A stretch of DNA of 64,000 bases from Vulcanimicrobiota bacterium (GTDB lineage Bacteria; Vulcanimicrobiota; Vulcanimicrobiia; Vulcanimicrobiales; Vulcanimicrobiaceae), in the NCBI GenBank assembly GCA_963786105.1, contig CAWAXX010000001.1:1-64000 (forward strand), given 5' to 3'. The position numbers and the translations under genes are program-made. Shown here piece after piece: positions 19,521 through 29,677 of this stretch (the first letter of the stretch is position 1; the number at the start of each line of letters is the position of its first letter). The notes beneath the pieces were generated by a model. The model saw only the letters and a list, made by a program, of their open reading frames with translations, had not been told where the DNA came from and searched no databases.

Positions 19521-21121
19521 CGATTCCCGATCCCATCATCGAAGGTCTCAAACGCGGCTGGACCGTGCACGATGGATCGACGTTGGATCGCGATCTTCAC
19601 CTGGAAGCCGACGTCGCCATCGTCGGTACCGGTGCCGGTGGCGGAGTGGCCGCCGAGATCCTCAGCACGGCGGGTCTGCACGTCGTCATGATCGAGGAAG
19701 GCCCGCTGCAGAGCTCGAGCGATTTCCACATGCTCGAGCGCGAAGCGTATCCGCGCTTGTATCAGGAATCGGCCGCGCGCAAAACCAAAGACAAGGCGAT
19801 CACGATTCTGCAGGGGCGCGCGGTCGGCGGCTCGACGACCGTGAATTGGACCAGCAGTTTTCGGACGCCGGCAGCCACGCTCGCGCAGTGGCGCGATCGT
19901 TACGGCCTTGCAGAGTATACGCCCGAGTTGCTCGCACCGTGGTTCGAGCGAATGGAACGTCGCCTCGATATTACTCCCTGGGGCGTTACGCCCAACGAAA
20001 ACAACGCGGTTCTCCAACGTGGCGCGAGCAAGCTCGGGATTCCCACGGCGGTCGTTTCGCGCAACGTCAAAGGCTGCGCGAACCTCGGATATTGCGGAAT
20101 GGGTTGTCCGATCAATGCCAAGCAATCGATGCTCGTTACGACGATTCCAGCGGCGCTCGACCGTGGCGCGGTCTTGGTGCACCACGCACGAGCCGAGCGC
20201 TTTAGCTTGCAGGGGCAAACGGTCTCGGGGTTGGTCTGCAGCGCTCTCGACGCCGGCGGCCAAACCTATGTGCCGCACTCGATTACGGTAAAGGCCAAAG
20301 CCTACGTCGCGGCGGCCGGCGCAATCGGAACGCCGGCGTTGCTGATGCGTAGCCAACTCCCCAATCCGCATCGGCTCCTCGGAAAGCGAACCTTCCTGCA
20401 TCCGGTCGTGCTGTCGGCGGCGGCGATGCCGCAAATCGTCGATGCCTTTGCGGGCGCGCCGCAGTCCATCTACTCCGATCACTTTCTCTACGAGAATGCC
20501 ATCGACGGTCCGGCCGGGTACAAACTCGAGGTGCCCCCGGTCCATCCTTTGCTGATGGCGGTCACGATGCCGGGGTTTGGCTCTGCGGGCGCGCGGTTAA
20601 TGGCCGGTCTGCCCCATCTGCAAGTTATTCTCGCGCTCGTGCGCGACGGATTTCACGACGAAAGCCAGGGGGGAACGGTCGAACTCCAGCACGATCGTGC
20701 GCCGGTCTTGGCCTATCCGATCACGGAGTACTTATGGGAGGGCATGCGCCGTGCGTATCTCTCGATGGCCGAGATTGCGTTCGCCGCCGGCGCAAAAAGC
20801 GTTTTGCCCGTGCATGAATCCGCATGGCCGTGTGCGTCGTGGAAGGAGGCGCGAGCGCAGATCGCCGCACTGCCGATGGAGATTCTGCTCGCTCGCGTGG
20901 TCAGCGCGCACGTCATGGGCGGGTGCGCAATGGGTGCCGACGATCGCAACGCGGTGGTTAACGGTAACGGGCGCCACCACGTCGTGGACAACCTGTACGT
21001 ATTCGACGGATCGATTTTCCCGACGAGCTTGGGGACGAACCCGCAACTCTCGATTTACGCGATCGCCGCCCGAATGGCCAATCGCTTGGCGCAAGCGTTG
21101 ACCGGCGTTCCCAGGGCGTAG
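19517..21121 (+). CDS. GMC family oxidoreductase (long-chain alcohol oxidase/LaoA-like)
   Basis: GTGAGGG FAD motif, GRAVGGSTTVN, C..GYC..GCP, SAHVMGGC, DGSIFPTSLGTNP. Confidence 0.92.
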   Translation: MTIPDPIIEGLKRGWTVHDGSTLDRDLHLEADVAIVGTGAGGGVAAEILSTAGLHVVMIEEGPLQSSSDFHMLEREAYPRLYQESAARKTKDKAITILQGRAVGGSTTVNWTSSFRTPAATLAQWRDRYGLAEYTPELLAPWFERMERRLDITPWGVTPNENNAVLQRGASKLGIPTAVVSRNVKGCANLGYCGMGCPINAKQSMLVTTIPAALDRGAVLVHHARAERFSLQGQTVSGLVCSALDAGGQTYVPHSITVKAKAYVAAAGAIGTPALLMRSQLPNPHRLLGKRTFLHPVVLSAAAMPQIVDAFAGAPQSIYSDHFLYENAIDGPAGYKLEVPPVHPLLMAVTMPGFGSAGARLMAGLPHLQVILALVRDGFHDESQGGTVELQHDRAPVLAYPITEYLWEGMRRAYLSMAEIAFAAGAKSVLPVHESAWPCASWKEARAQIAALPMEILLARVVSAHVMGGCAMGADDRNAVVNGNGRHHVVDNLYVFDGSIFPTSLGTNPQLSIYAIAARMANRLAQALTGVPRA

Positions 21122-21146
21122 GGTCTCGAGCGGCCAAGACGCTCGG

Positions 21147-21317
21147 ATGGGACAAGAACTCATACACCTGGCCGCCACGGCTGCCTGGATTTTCGTCATC
21201 CTTTTCATTTTTGCGCTGATCGGTATCTACGCGACGTGCGCGTGGATCGCGGGTCTTCTGAAGCGCGGCGCGGCGAAAGTCGAATCCGGCGTCGAATCCC
21301 TCCAGAGAAAACGGTAG
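21147..21317 (+). CDS. 56-aa membrane protein (below the ORF track cutoff)
   Basis: MGQELIHLAATAAWIFVILFIFALIGIYATCAWIAGLLKRGAAKVESGVESLQRKR; nearly fills the intergenic gap. Confidence 0.7.
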   Translation: MGQELIHLAATAAWIFVILFIFALIGIYATCAWIAGLLKRGAAKVESGVESLQRKR

Positions 21318-21332
21318 TCCTCGGCGGGTTCC

Positions 21333-22160
21333 TTAGAACAGCATCGTCTGATAGTCGGACACGTGCTCGAAACCGACCCGTCGATAGAGGGCGATCGCCG
21401 GTAGGTTGAAGTCGTTGACGTGAAGCGAAAGCGTCGGCGAGAATTCCAGAAGCCGGTCGCAAATGGCGGCGAGTGCCCCGGTGGCTAGTCCTCGACGGCG
21501 CAACTCGGGTGGCGTCCACACGCCTTGTAACTGCGCCGTCCGGTCGCACCACGGACCGACGCTGCAGAAGAAACAGAGCTGTCCTTCCGACTCGCCGACC
21601 CACCAACGATCGCGCTCGACCATCTCCCGGACGGTCGAAACGAAATCGGGCGACGCGCGGCGCGGATCGTATGCCAGCTCGTGCTCGATCATCTGCGCCG
21701 AGCTTTCGACGACGGCTCCCCATTCTTCGGCGCGCGCATGGCGCACGGCGACGTCGCGTGGATACGGTCGAAGGCGGTCGCGATCGATCGCCATGACGAG
21801 CTGGCGATCGCGGACGAGACGCGGTTTGGGGTGCCGCGATCGCACCAGATCCCAAAAAGCGCGCACCGTCGATCGCGGTCCAACGATCATTCGTTCGCCG
21901 CGATGACGCTTGGCGTGTTCGGCAAGCGCTTCCAGCACATGCGGTTCGGACGCCAGCGCGAGTTGCCGCCCAAAGTACGCCACGCCGGCGACGCGTCCGT
22001 CCTCGGTAGCCACGACGATGTTATGGCGCGTCGCCGGGACCCGATCGAAATGTACGAGATAACTGAGGAAGACGTTGTCGTACGGAGCTTGGGAAAGGTA
22101 CTCGAGCGCGGCCGGTTCCGTCGCTGCGGAGATTCGTTCGATACGGATCCGGCGGAGCAA
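21333..22160 (-). CDS. GNAT acetyltransferase (DUF4081/FR47-like)
   Basis: [17 protein letters not shown] acetyl-CoA motif; LHVNDFNLPAIALYRRVGF. Confidence 0.88.
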   Translation of the reverse strand: MLRRIRIERISAATEPAALEYLSQAPYDNVFLSYLVHFDRVPATRHNIVVATEDGRVAGVAYFGRQLALASEPHVLEALAEHAKRHRGERMIVGPRSTVRAFWDLVRSRHPKPRLVRDRQLVMAIDRDRLRPYPRDVAVRHARAEEWGAVVESSAQMIEHELAYDPRRASPDFVSTVREMVERDRWWVGESEGQLCFFCSVGPWCDRTAQLQGVWTPPELRRRGLATGALAAICDRLLEFSPTLSLHVNDFNLPAIALYRRVGFEHVSDYQTMLF

Positions 22161-22164
22161 CCTC

Positions 22165-22959
22165 TTAGGTCAGCGGAACGACGAGGATCGGTTTTGTCGT
22201 GGGTTGTTTGCTACCACCTTCGGGCTCGACGCTAACCGCGACGGCCGCGGTCGCCCGCGCATCCGGAGGAAGCGAGATGACCGCGACGCCGTGCGCATCG
22301 GGTACGAACGTCAAAGACGGCACCATCTTGGTCGTCCCCTTTGGGAGCGTCCAAGCTTGGTACACTCTTCCTCGCGGCGGCTGGGGCAGGTCGTGCATGG
22401 CGATGTAGGCGTGGCTTCCGCGCGTCACCACTTCTCCGTTACTTTGCACGTAACGCTTCGCGTCGCTGCCCAAGAGATCCGACATGGTGCTGCGTTCGTC
22501 GGCGAGAGCGCCGGCCAACGAGTTCGAGCGCTGCGACGCCCGCGCGAGTTCCTGTTGCGCCTGCTTGAGCTGGCCGGTGAGCGCGACGTTCCCCATCGAC
22601 GAAATAATGGCGATCGCGATGCAGGCTGCCGCGACGAGATAGGCCGGCCACACGGGGACGCGCCTGGCGACCGGGATCGACATCGATCGCCCGTCGCTGC
22701 GAGGCTTTTGCGACCGCACTTGAGCCATGATACGCGGCTTGAGTAGGGTGCTCGGACAACTGTTCAAGTCACCCGTCGTTTCGGCGGAGAGCCCGATGAG
22801 CGCCGCCGCCTGCTTTAGGCGGGCGTATTCCTGCGCGCAAGCCGCGCAGGAGTTCAGATGCTCGCGCACGCGGCGAGCGTCTGCGGGTGGCAGCGCGCCC
22901 AAAGCGTACACGGCAACGTCGTCGAGCATGTCGTGCGGAAGATCCCGGCGCTCGCTCAT
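22165..22959 (-). CDS. Anti-sigma factor, RskA family with zinc (ZAS) motif
   Basis: YALGAL, HLNSCAAC (HxxxCxxC), TM helix, VYQAW, AVSVEPEGGS.QPT. Confidence 0.92.
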   Translation of the reverse strand: MSERRDLPHDMLDDVAVYALGALPPADARRVREHLNSCAACAQEYARLKQAAALIGLSAETTGDLNSCPSTLLKPRIMAQVRSQKPRSDGRSMSIPVARRVPVWPAYLVAAACIAIAIISSMGNVALTGQLKQAQQELARASQRSNSLAGALADERSTMSDLLGSDAKRYVQSNGEVVTRGSHAYIAMHDLPQPPRGRVYQAWTLPKGTTKMVPSLTFVPDAHGVAVISLPPDARATAAVAVSVEPEGGSKQPTTKPILVVPLT

Positions 22960-23498
22960 GCGGTCACCGCGTCATCGAGCGCCGAACGAAGCTTCCGCAG
23001 CCCCGAGCGTATCCGCGTCTTGACGGTGCCCAGCGGGGTGTTCGTACGGCGCGCGATCTCTTCGTGCGTGATGCCTCCGAAAAAGCCGAGTTCGATCGGC
23101 TCGCGCTGCTCCGACGGTAGCGACGCGAGCGCTTTGCGGACGCGTTCGGCGTCGATCCGTGCGAATGCGGCTTCCTCCATTACCTCGTTTTCGGGCAGCG
23201 CTTCGGGCAGCTCGGTTTCGTTACGCACCGCGCGCCCACGCAGGACGTCCAACGCGCGATTTCGCGTCACGCGGACGATCCACGCGGCGAAGTTGCCGCC
23301 GCGAAAAAGGTTGGGTGAGTTCCACAGTTTGAGAAAGACCGTCTGTGTGACGTCCTCGGCTGCGCCGCCGTCTCCTAGGATTCGCAGCGCGACGCCATAG
23401 ACGAGCCGGTGATGCGCGTCGTAGAGCGATTCGAATGCATCCGCGTCCTGCTCCCGGACTAGCGCCATCAACACGTCCGCGTCGTCGGTCACCTCCAT
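22956..23498 (-). CDS. ECF sigma factor (SigK-like)
   Basis: AEDVTQTVF, W..RVTRNRALD, EEIA..PLGTVKTRIRSGL; coupled to the anti-sigma gene. Confidence 0.93.
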   Translation of the reverse strand: MEVTDDADVLMALVREQDADAFESLYDAHHRLVYGVALRILGDGGAAEDVTQTVFLKLWNSPNLFRGGNFAAWIVRVTRNRALDVLRGRAVRNETELPEALPENEVMEEAAFARIDAERVRKALASLPSEQREPIELGFFGGITHEEIARRTNTPLGTVKTRIRSGLRKLRSALDDAVTA

Positions 23499-23601
23499 AT
23501 GTTTCGCTTTGCACAGGCCGTGCCCTCGGCGGCCATTCCCTCCCCTAACGGGCGCCGAGCTTCGGCGGATTCGTCCGGCGGCCATCGCGAACTAACACCA
23601 A

Positions 23602-24327
23602 ATGGAAGAGCTCGTCGCGAGGCTGCGCGATGCCCGCTCGGTTCTCGCGTTGACGGGATCGGGCATCTCGGCGGAAAGCGGACTTCCGACTTTTCGCGGC
23701 GTGGGCGGGTTATGGCGCAACCATCGCGTCGAAGAGCTCGCCTCGCCGGAAGGCTTCGCCCACGATCCAGTTCTGGTGTGGACCTGGTATAACCAGCGCC
23801 TGGCGGCACACCGTCGCGCGCGCCCGAACGCCGGGCACTACGCGTTGGCGCAGCTCGAAGCCCTCTATCCCGACTTCACGCTGGTGACGCAAAACGTCGA
23901 CTCCCTGCATTTGCGCGCTGGTTCGCGCAACCTGCTCGAACTGCACGGGAACCTTCGCGAGGCGCGCTGCAACGTTTGCGGCGCACGGCGCCCGCTCGAT
24001 GCTTCCGGTCTTCCGCTCGACGAGATCGAGCACGAATGCGGCGGACGAATGCGTCCCGACATCGTATGGTTCGGCGAATCGCTGCCGCGCACGGCGTGGT
24101 TGCATGCCGAGCAAGCAGCATCGCGTGCGGACGTGATTCTCGTCGTCGGTACCAGCGCGCTCGTGTATCCGGCTGCCGCGCTCGCGACCCGGTATAACGC
24201 AAGTGCCTTCGTTGCCGAAATCAATCCCGAAGAAACGCCGATTAGCGGGGGAGTCGACTTCGTACTGCGGGGAACCGCCGCTCGCGAGTTGCCGCGCATC
24301 CTCGAGGCCTGCACCCGGTCAGGATGA
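23602..24327 (+). CDS. cobB: NAD-dependent protein deacylase (class III sirtuin)
   Basis: GSGISAESGLPTFRG, TQNVD, ELHG, RPDIVWFGE, GTS..VYPAA. Confidence 0.93.
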   Translation: MEELVARLRDARSVLALTGSGISAESGLPTFRGVGGLWRNHRVEELASPEGFAHDPVLVWTWYNQRLAAHRRARPNAGHYALAQLEALYPDFTLVTQNVDSLHLRAGSRNLLELHGNLREARCNVCGARRPLDASGLPLDEIEHECGGRMRPDIVWFGESLPRTAWLHAEQAASRADVILVVGTSALVYPAAALATRYNASAFVAEINPEETPISGGVDFVLRGTAARELPRILEACTRSG

Positions 24328-24359
24328 CAGAGCGCGCCCTGCGTCGTAGCACGGGTCGT

Positions 24360-24779
24360 ATGGAGCAACCGTTGGAGCTCTTGAAGAGCAGGATTCCGGA
24401 TTTCCCGGGTTTTGCGGATGACGTCTCGCGATGGCGCTCGGACGAGTTGGTCCGTTCGTACGTCGGTGAGGCCGTTGCCGGCGCACAGGAACGCTTGAAG
24501 CCGTTGGATGCGGCTCTCGAGGTGAGGATCGGCGATATGTTGATTCGCGTGGGATTCGCTAATCCGGCAACGTACCAAGCATTTGAAGGTCGTGATCTGG
24601 CGAAGTTTGATGACGGCGCAATGGCGACCGCCGATGCTCGGGTCATCGAGATCGCCGACCGAGCGGCGTCAATCGACGCCGCCGCGTTGCCGAGCTATCT
24701 CGAAGAGCTCAGCCGGTCGCTCGACCACCGCGATATGGTGACGAGCGCAACGTCAACGACCGCGAGCGAGGCTCCCTAG
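24360..24779 (+). CDS. Hypothetical protein
   Basis: Helical 139-aa ORF with host-like codon usage between cobB and the FecR gene. Confidence 0.7.
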   Translation: MEQPLELLKSRIPDFPGFADDVSRWRSDELVRSYVGEAVAGAQERLKPLDAALEVRIGDMLIRVGFANPATYQAFEGRDLAKFDDGAMATADARVIEIADRAASIDAAALPSYLEELSRSLDHRDMVTSATSTTASEAP

Positions 24780-25585
24780 CTGCAGGTCGATTGCGTCGGT
24801 GAAGGACTCGGGGTCGCTTTCTTCTTGAAGAGCGAGCCGATACCCGTGACTACTTCGCTGCCGTAACCGCCGGTGACGTTGTTGACGGCGCTTCCTGCAT
24901 AACCCACGACCTCGCCTTTGGCGGCGTCCCAGCTCGTCGGAACGCCGAAATCGGGTGAGAACTGTCCGATGAGCTGCTGCGTCAGCTGTTGAAGCTCAGT
25001 TTGCACGATCCCGTTCACAACCCGCGCGAGCAGCGACTGACCCGCGGCAATCTTGAAAACCTTGCCGCCCTTGGTCGTCACGAGCACTGGGGAGTTGGGG
25101 TCGCAGAGCTCGTAGACGTTGACGCGCAACGCACCGTTGTCGTCGTATTCGATATCGCCTTGGGTTCCGCGCACGCCGACGCTGCCGGTGGTCGTCGTAA
25201 ACGTATAGTTCGCCTGGGCGCCTTGCGGATGGCGAACCGCAAAGCGCACCCGGCCCTGGTAAACGACGAACTTGGCGGTGGCGATTTGGGCTTGATTGAA
25301 AAATGCCAGCTGCACTTTCGTGTCGGAGCCGACGAGGACGCGGGAACTGTCAGGCAAGAGCACCTGCGCGAGCGACGAGCCGCCGGTAATTGCATAGTCG
25401 CGATCGGCGATTCCGATGGTCGCGTTGACCCCAAGCGGGACGGGCTTGCCGTCGGGCACCTGGTACGAAACGCTGCCCTTTTGACTTTGCAACTGCTTAT
25501 CGTCGACGGCAAACGAGGGCGCACCCGCGGCCAAAGCCATTACGGCGATTCCGACGGGCACCAAGACGCGGCGAAGGTTCATCAT
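24776..25585 (-). CDS. FecR-domain secreted protein
   Basis: Signal peptide; TGGSSLAQVLLPDSSRV.VGSDT, QGRV, VGVRGT. Confidence 0.85.
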   Translation of the reverse strand: MMNLRRVLVPVGIAVMALAAGAPSFAVDDKQLQSQKGSVSYQVPDGKPVPLGVNATIGIADRDYAITGGSSLAQVLLPDSSRVLVGSDTKVQLAFFNQAQIATAKFVVYQGRVRFAVRHPQGAQANYTFTTTTGSVGVRGTQGDIEYDDNGALRVNVYELCDPNSPVLVTTKGGKVFKIAAGQSLLARVVNGIVQTELQQLTQQLIGQFSPDFGVPTSWDAAKGEVVGYAGSAVNNVTGGYGSEVVTGIGSLFKKKATPSPSPTQSTCS

Positions 25586-25645
25586 CTACCTTTTTAGCGC
25601 TCGTACGCTCGTCGCCTCCCGAGATGTGGCGGGAAGGTCATTCCG

Positions 25646-27661
25646 GTGCGACTAACGCGCAGCACCGTGAAGCTTTTGGGACGAGCGTGCATCCTCGCGG
25701 TTGCGGCGGTCGCGCCCGCACGCGCGATTTCGGCCGAGCCGCTGCCATTGCATCTCGTTCCGCGCCCGGCCCAAATCGATCGGCTCCCTTGCGCGATGCC
25801 GGCGAATGCGTTGCTCTTAGTGGCGCCTGGTTTCGACCCCGCCGCCCGGATCGAGGTCGACGAGCGCTGGAGCGCCGTGGGAATCGGCGCGTTGCGCGTG
25901 GCGGCCACGCCCGCTGCGGCGTCGATCGTGACGCGCCGCGATCCGTCGCTCGGAGCGCAAGCGTATCGACTGACCATCCGGAACGGCCGTGCGCTGATCG
26001 AGAGTTCCGATGCTGCCGGCGCATTTTACGGGGCGATGACGCTCGCCCAGCTACCGTCGCGCACGGGCGGCCGGTGGCTGGTACCGTGCGTGTCGATAGA
26101 AGACCGTCCGGCATTGAGGTGGCGCGTGCTCTCCGACGACGTTTCGCGCGGGCCGCTGCCGACGATGAGCTACTTCGAAGAGCGTGTCCGCACGATCGCC
26201 GCGTTCAAAATGAACGGCTACTCGCCGTATATGGAACACGTTTTCGTTAGTCCGAGCGATCCGCTTCCGGCACCGCTCGACGGTATCACGCCGGAGCAGT
26301 TGCGCGCGCTGGCGGCCTATGCCGCTCGGTTTCACGTGGCGTTGGTTCCGCAGCAGCAGACCTTCGCGCACATGCACGGCACGTTGCGCGTAGAGACGTA
26401 CGCGGCGGCCGCCGAGTTGCCGCACGGATTCTTGCTGGCGCCGAACGCCGCGCTTTCGTCCGAATACCTGAGCCGAGTGATCTCGCAAGAACTCGCGGCG
26501 GTGCCGCACCCGCCGTTCTTCCACATCGGATCCGACGAGACGGCAACGCTGGGCTTGGGGCAAACGCGTCCTTACGTCGAGAGTCGCGGGCTCACGCAAG
26601 CCTTTGCCGATCACGTTTTGGCGATGAACCGCTTAGTCGCGCCGTCAGGGGCGCGGCTCATGCTGTGGGACGACGCCGTCGAGAAGGATCCGGGCATCAT
26701 GAAGCTGCTCCCGCCGGCGGCCGTGATCGTCAACTATCACTACGGCGCCGAATCGTCGTTCGAGCCGTACATCGCTAAAATCGCCGGCGGCGGATTCGAA
26801 CAAATGGTTGCGCCGGGCGCGAGCAACTGGGATGAAATCTTCCCGGCGATCGATACCGCGCTCGCCAACGAGCGCGGATTTATCGATGACGGAAAACGGG
26901 CGAGCGTGCTCGGAATGTTTCAAACCGTATGGCACGACGACGGTGAAACGCTGTTCGAAGCGACTTGGTACCCGGTGCTCTATGCCGCCGCCTTGGCGTG
27001 GCAAAGCGGCGATCTCGATCCGGTGCAGTTTTCTGCGGACTTTCCTAGCGCGTTCTTCGGCGTGGACGATTCTCGTTACGGCCGCGACGTAACGAAGCTG
27101 GCAACCATTCTGCGCGCGCTCGAGGCCGCGCCTTACGATCGAACCGACGCGCTTTTCTGGACCGACGCGTTCGACCCGGCGGCGAATGCGCGGATGGCAA
27201 AGGTCGATTTGCGGCAGGTGCGACTGGATGCCGAATCCGTGGAGGGCGATCTGTATTTTGTACATCCGCCGCTGCACGACAATGCGGCGCGGGTGATGTT
27301 TCTGGCGGCGCGACGTTACGACGCGCTGGCTCGAAAGTTTCAAATCGCTGCCGAAGTGCGCGACATGTACGCCGATGCACTAGCGCACGCGAGCGAAGCG
27401 AATGGCCCGACGCTGCGCGATTTGTTCTGGTGCCGCTACTGGATGTGGGAGCTGAGGGACGCGTACGAAGAATTGGCACCGCTGTACGCTTCTGCCTGGC
27501 GCTACGAGAATCGCGACGGTCGTCTGGCAGCTAATCTCGAGCGCTATCATCTCGCCGCGCAACGCGCGATTCGATATGCGGACGCGTTCTACCGCGCCAC
27601 CTACGACGGCTACGTCCGGTCCAAGGCGCTGCCGCCGCTCGATTCGGTGATCGCACCGTGA
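25646..27661 (+). CDS. Glycoside hydrolase family 20 (beta-N-acetylhexosaminidase-like), secreted
   Basis: Signal peptide; AYRLTI, GAFYG.MTL.Q, IEDRP..WR, DDVSRG, catalytic FHIGSDE. Confidence 0.9.
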   Translation: MRLTRSTVKLLGRACILAVAAVAPARAISAEPLPLHLVPRPAQIDRLPCAMPANALLLVAPGFDPAARIEVDERWSAVGIGALRVAATPAAASIVTRRDPSLGAQAYRLTIRNGRALIESSDAAGAFYGAMTLAQLPSRTGGRWLVPCVSIEDRPALRWRVLSDDVSRGPLPTMSYFEERVRTIAAFKMNGYSPYMEHVFVSPSDPLPAPLDGITPEQLRALAAYAARFHVALVPQQQTFAHMHGTLRVETYAAAAELPHGFLLAPNAALSSEYLSRVISQELAAVPHPPFFHIGSDETATLGLGQTRPYVESRGLTQAFADHVLAMNRLVAPSGARLMLWDDAVEKDPGIMKLLPPAAVIVNYHYGAESSFEPYIAKIAGGGFEQMVAPGASNWDEIFPAIDTALANERGFIDDGKRASVLGMFQTVWHDDGETLFEATWYPVLYAAALAWQSGDLDPVQFSADFPSAFFGVDDSRYGRDVTKLATILRALEAAPYDRTDALFWTDAFDPAANARMAKVDLRQVRLDAESVEGDLYFVHPPLHDNAARVMFLAARRYDALARKFQIAAEVRDMYADALAHASEANGPTLRDLFWCRYWMWELRDAYEELAPLYASAWRYENRDGRLAANLERYHLAAQRAIRYADAFYRATYDGYVRSKALPPLDSVIAP

Positions 27662-29677
27662 GCGCCGCCCTCATCCTCGCCGTCTTCATCGTCTTCGCGG
27701 TACTGATGTACGTGCGTTGGCTGCCGGCTTTGCTGGCCGTGCCGCTGATGGCCGTGACCATGTCGCTGGCCGCGGGTGTCGCGTTCGGCAAGCTCGGAAC
27801 GATCGTGGCGAGTGGCGCGGTCGCGCTGGCGCCGGTGTACGTCGCGGTCGTGTTTCGGCGCGCTGCTCGGGCGCGTCACGCTCGACACCGGAATCGCGCG
27901 CGCTCTGGTCAACCTAGCCGCCGAATACGGCGGCGAGCAGCCGGCCATCCTGGCGCTGGGATTATGCGCGATCGTCGCGCTGCTCTTCACGTCGCTCTCA
28001 GGGCTCGGTGGGATCATCATGGTCGGCTCGATCGTGTTGCCGATCATGATGACCACCGGCGTTCCGCGCACGATTGCGGCGACGCTGTTCCTGATGGCGT
28101 TTGCGCTGGGGTTCATATTCAACATCGCCAACTGGACTTTCTACACGAAGTATTTCGGCGTGGAGCCGCAGCAGCTCTTTCGCTACGCCGTCCTGCTCGC
28201 GATCGTCGACGCCGTCGCGCTGCTGATTTACGCGATCGTCTCGTTTCGGCGCGAACGCGGTTACGCAGCCTGGGCCGTCGAAGCAGCCAACGAGCGAGCC
28301 GGCACGACACGAGGCGTGCCGGCGATCGCGCTGATCACGCCCGTGCTGCCGCTGATCCTGTACTATGCATTGCACGTCGAAGCGGCGCCGGCGTTCGCCG
28401 CGTCCGCAGTTTTCGGCGTGCTGGTCACCCGGCCGCGCGATGCCGTGCAGACGCTATTGGCCGCGGCCATCCGGGGCGTTGAAGACGTCGCGCCCGCCGT
28501 TCTGTTGTTCATGGGAATCGGGATGCTGCTGGTCGCGACGAAAGAACCGCAATTTGCTGCCGCACTTGCTCCGCTCGCTGCGGGCGGGTGGGCGCGAAAC
28601 CCGATAGCGTACGTCGCGGTATTCGGACTCGCGAGCCCGCTGGTGCTTTACCGCGGCCCGCTCAACCCCTTTGGTGTGGGAATCGCCGTGTTCACGGTGC
28701 TGCTCGCTACCCATGCCGTCGCGCCGGTGATTTTGGTCGCCGCCATCATGGCGGTCGTCCAAGTGCAAAACGTCTGCGATCCGACGAACACCGCCAACGT
28801 CTGGGTGGCGAATTTCACCGGCGTTGCGATCGATACGATCACCAAGCGTACGCTGCCGTTCCAAACCGGCGTCGCCGTCGCAGCGACCCTAGCGGTGGTG
28901 CTCGCCTCACCGGCGTTGTTTGGTGTGAAGGCATTTGCGGCGATCGTGCCGGCGGCGCGCGCGGCAACCGGCCCGGCCGCGGGGTTCTACGCACCGCCGG
29001 ACGCCGGCAATCGTATCGCCGTCGGCGACGATGCGACCCCGCTGGGGCGGGCCGCCGCCGATGCGGCGATGACCGCCTTGGGCGGTGGCGGGTGGCGCGC
29101 CTTTGCTTCGGGCACGGATCCGAACGCTGCGGACTGCTCGCGAAAACCGTACGCGGCATTTCTCTACGTCACGACGGCGAGCTTTCGGCTGACCGAAGGT
29201 ACCGACTTCGACGTCGGCTTGCGTCTCGAAGATTGCGGAGGATGGATCGTCGAAGAGTGGCACGACCACGCGGTTTCGGCACGGCCGCCGACAGAGGATA
29301 ACGCGCGCGAACTCGCGCTTGCCGGCGTCGCCCGCTTGCGCGAATGGGCGCAAACGGAACGGACACGCAGCACGAATCTCTTCGAGCGGGGCGTTGCCGT
29401 CACCCCGGCCGACAAGCCGACGTACTTCTATGCGATGTTCAAAACCGTCGACGGCAACATGCGCGCGTACGTGCGAGCGGGCGGCCCCGCATACGTCGCG
29501 GGCTTGCGCTCGGGCGACGTCATCGACAAGGTCGACGGGAAGTACTGGTGGGAATACGGCACGTATCAAACCCAACAGCGCGCGTACGACGGAAAGCCGC
29601 ACGACTTCGAAGTCGAGCGTGCGGGCAAAACCTTCGAGGTGCGCTTGGGTGAACCGTTCGTGGAGGGAGAGTCGTAA
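27658..29677 (+). CDS. Ion-transporter-superfamily (GntP/citrate-like) permease fused to a soluble domain and PDZ (frameshift near 27853)
   Basis: Removing one T from GTGTTTCGG joins the N-terminal TMs to FGALLGRV; LYRGPLNPFG.G and CDPTNTANVW; C-terminal GGPAYVAGLRSGDVIDKVDG PDZ signature. Confidence 0.8.

Noticed and set aside
23602..24327. Sirtuin as an anti-phage (Thoeris/DSR-type) effector
   Set aside because: It is a canonical stand-alone CobB-type enzyme in a housekeeping context.
24776..25585. FecR protein as a partner of the nearby ECF sigma factor
   Set aside because: The sigma factor already has a coupled RskA anti-sigma, and no TonB-dependent receptor is adjacent.
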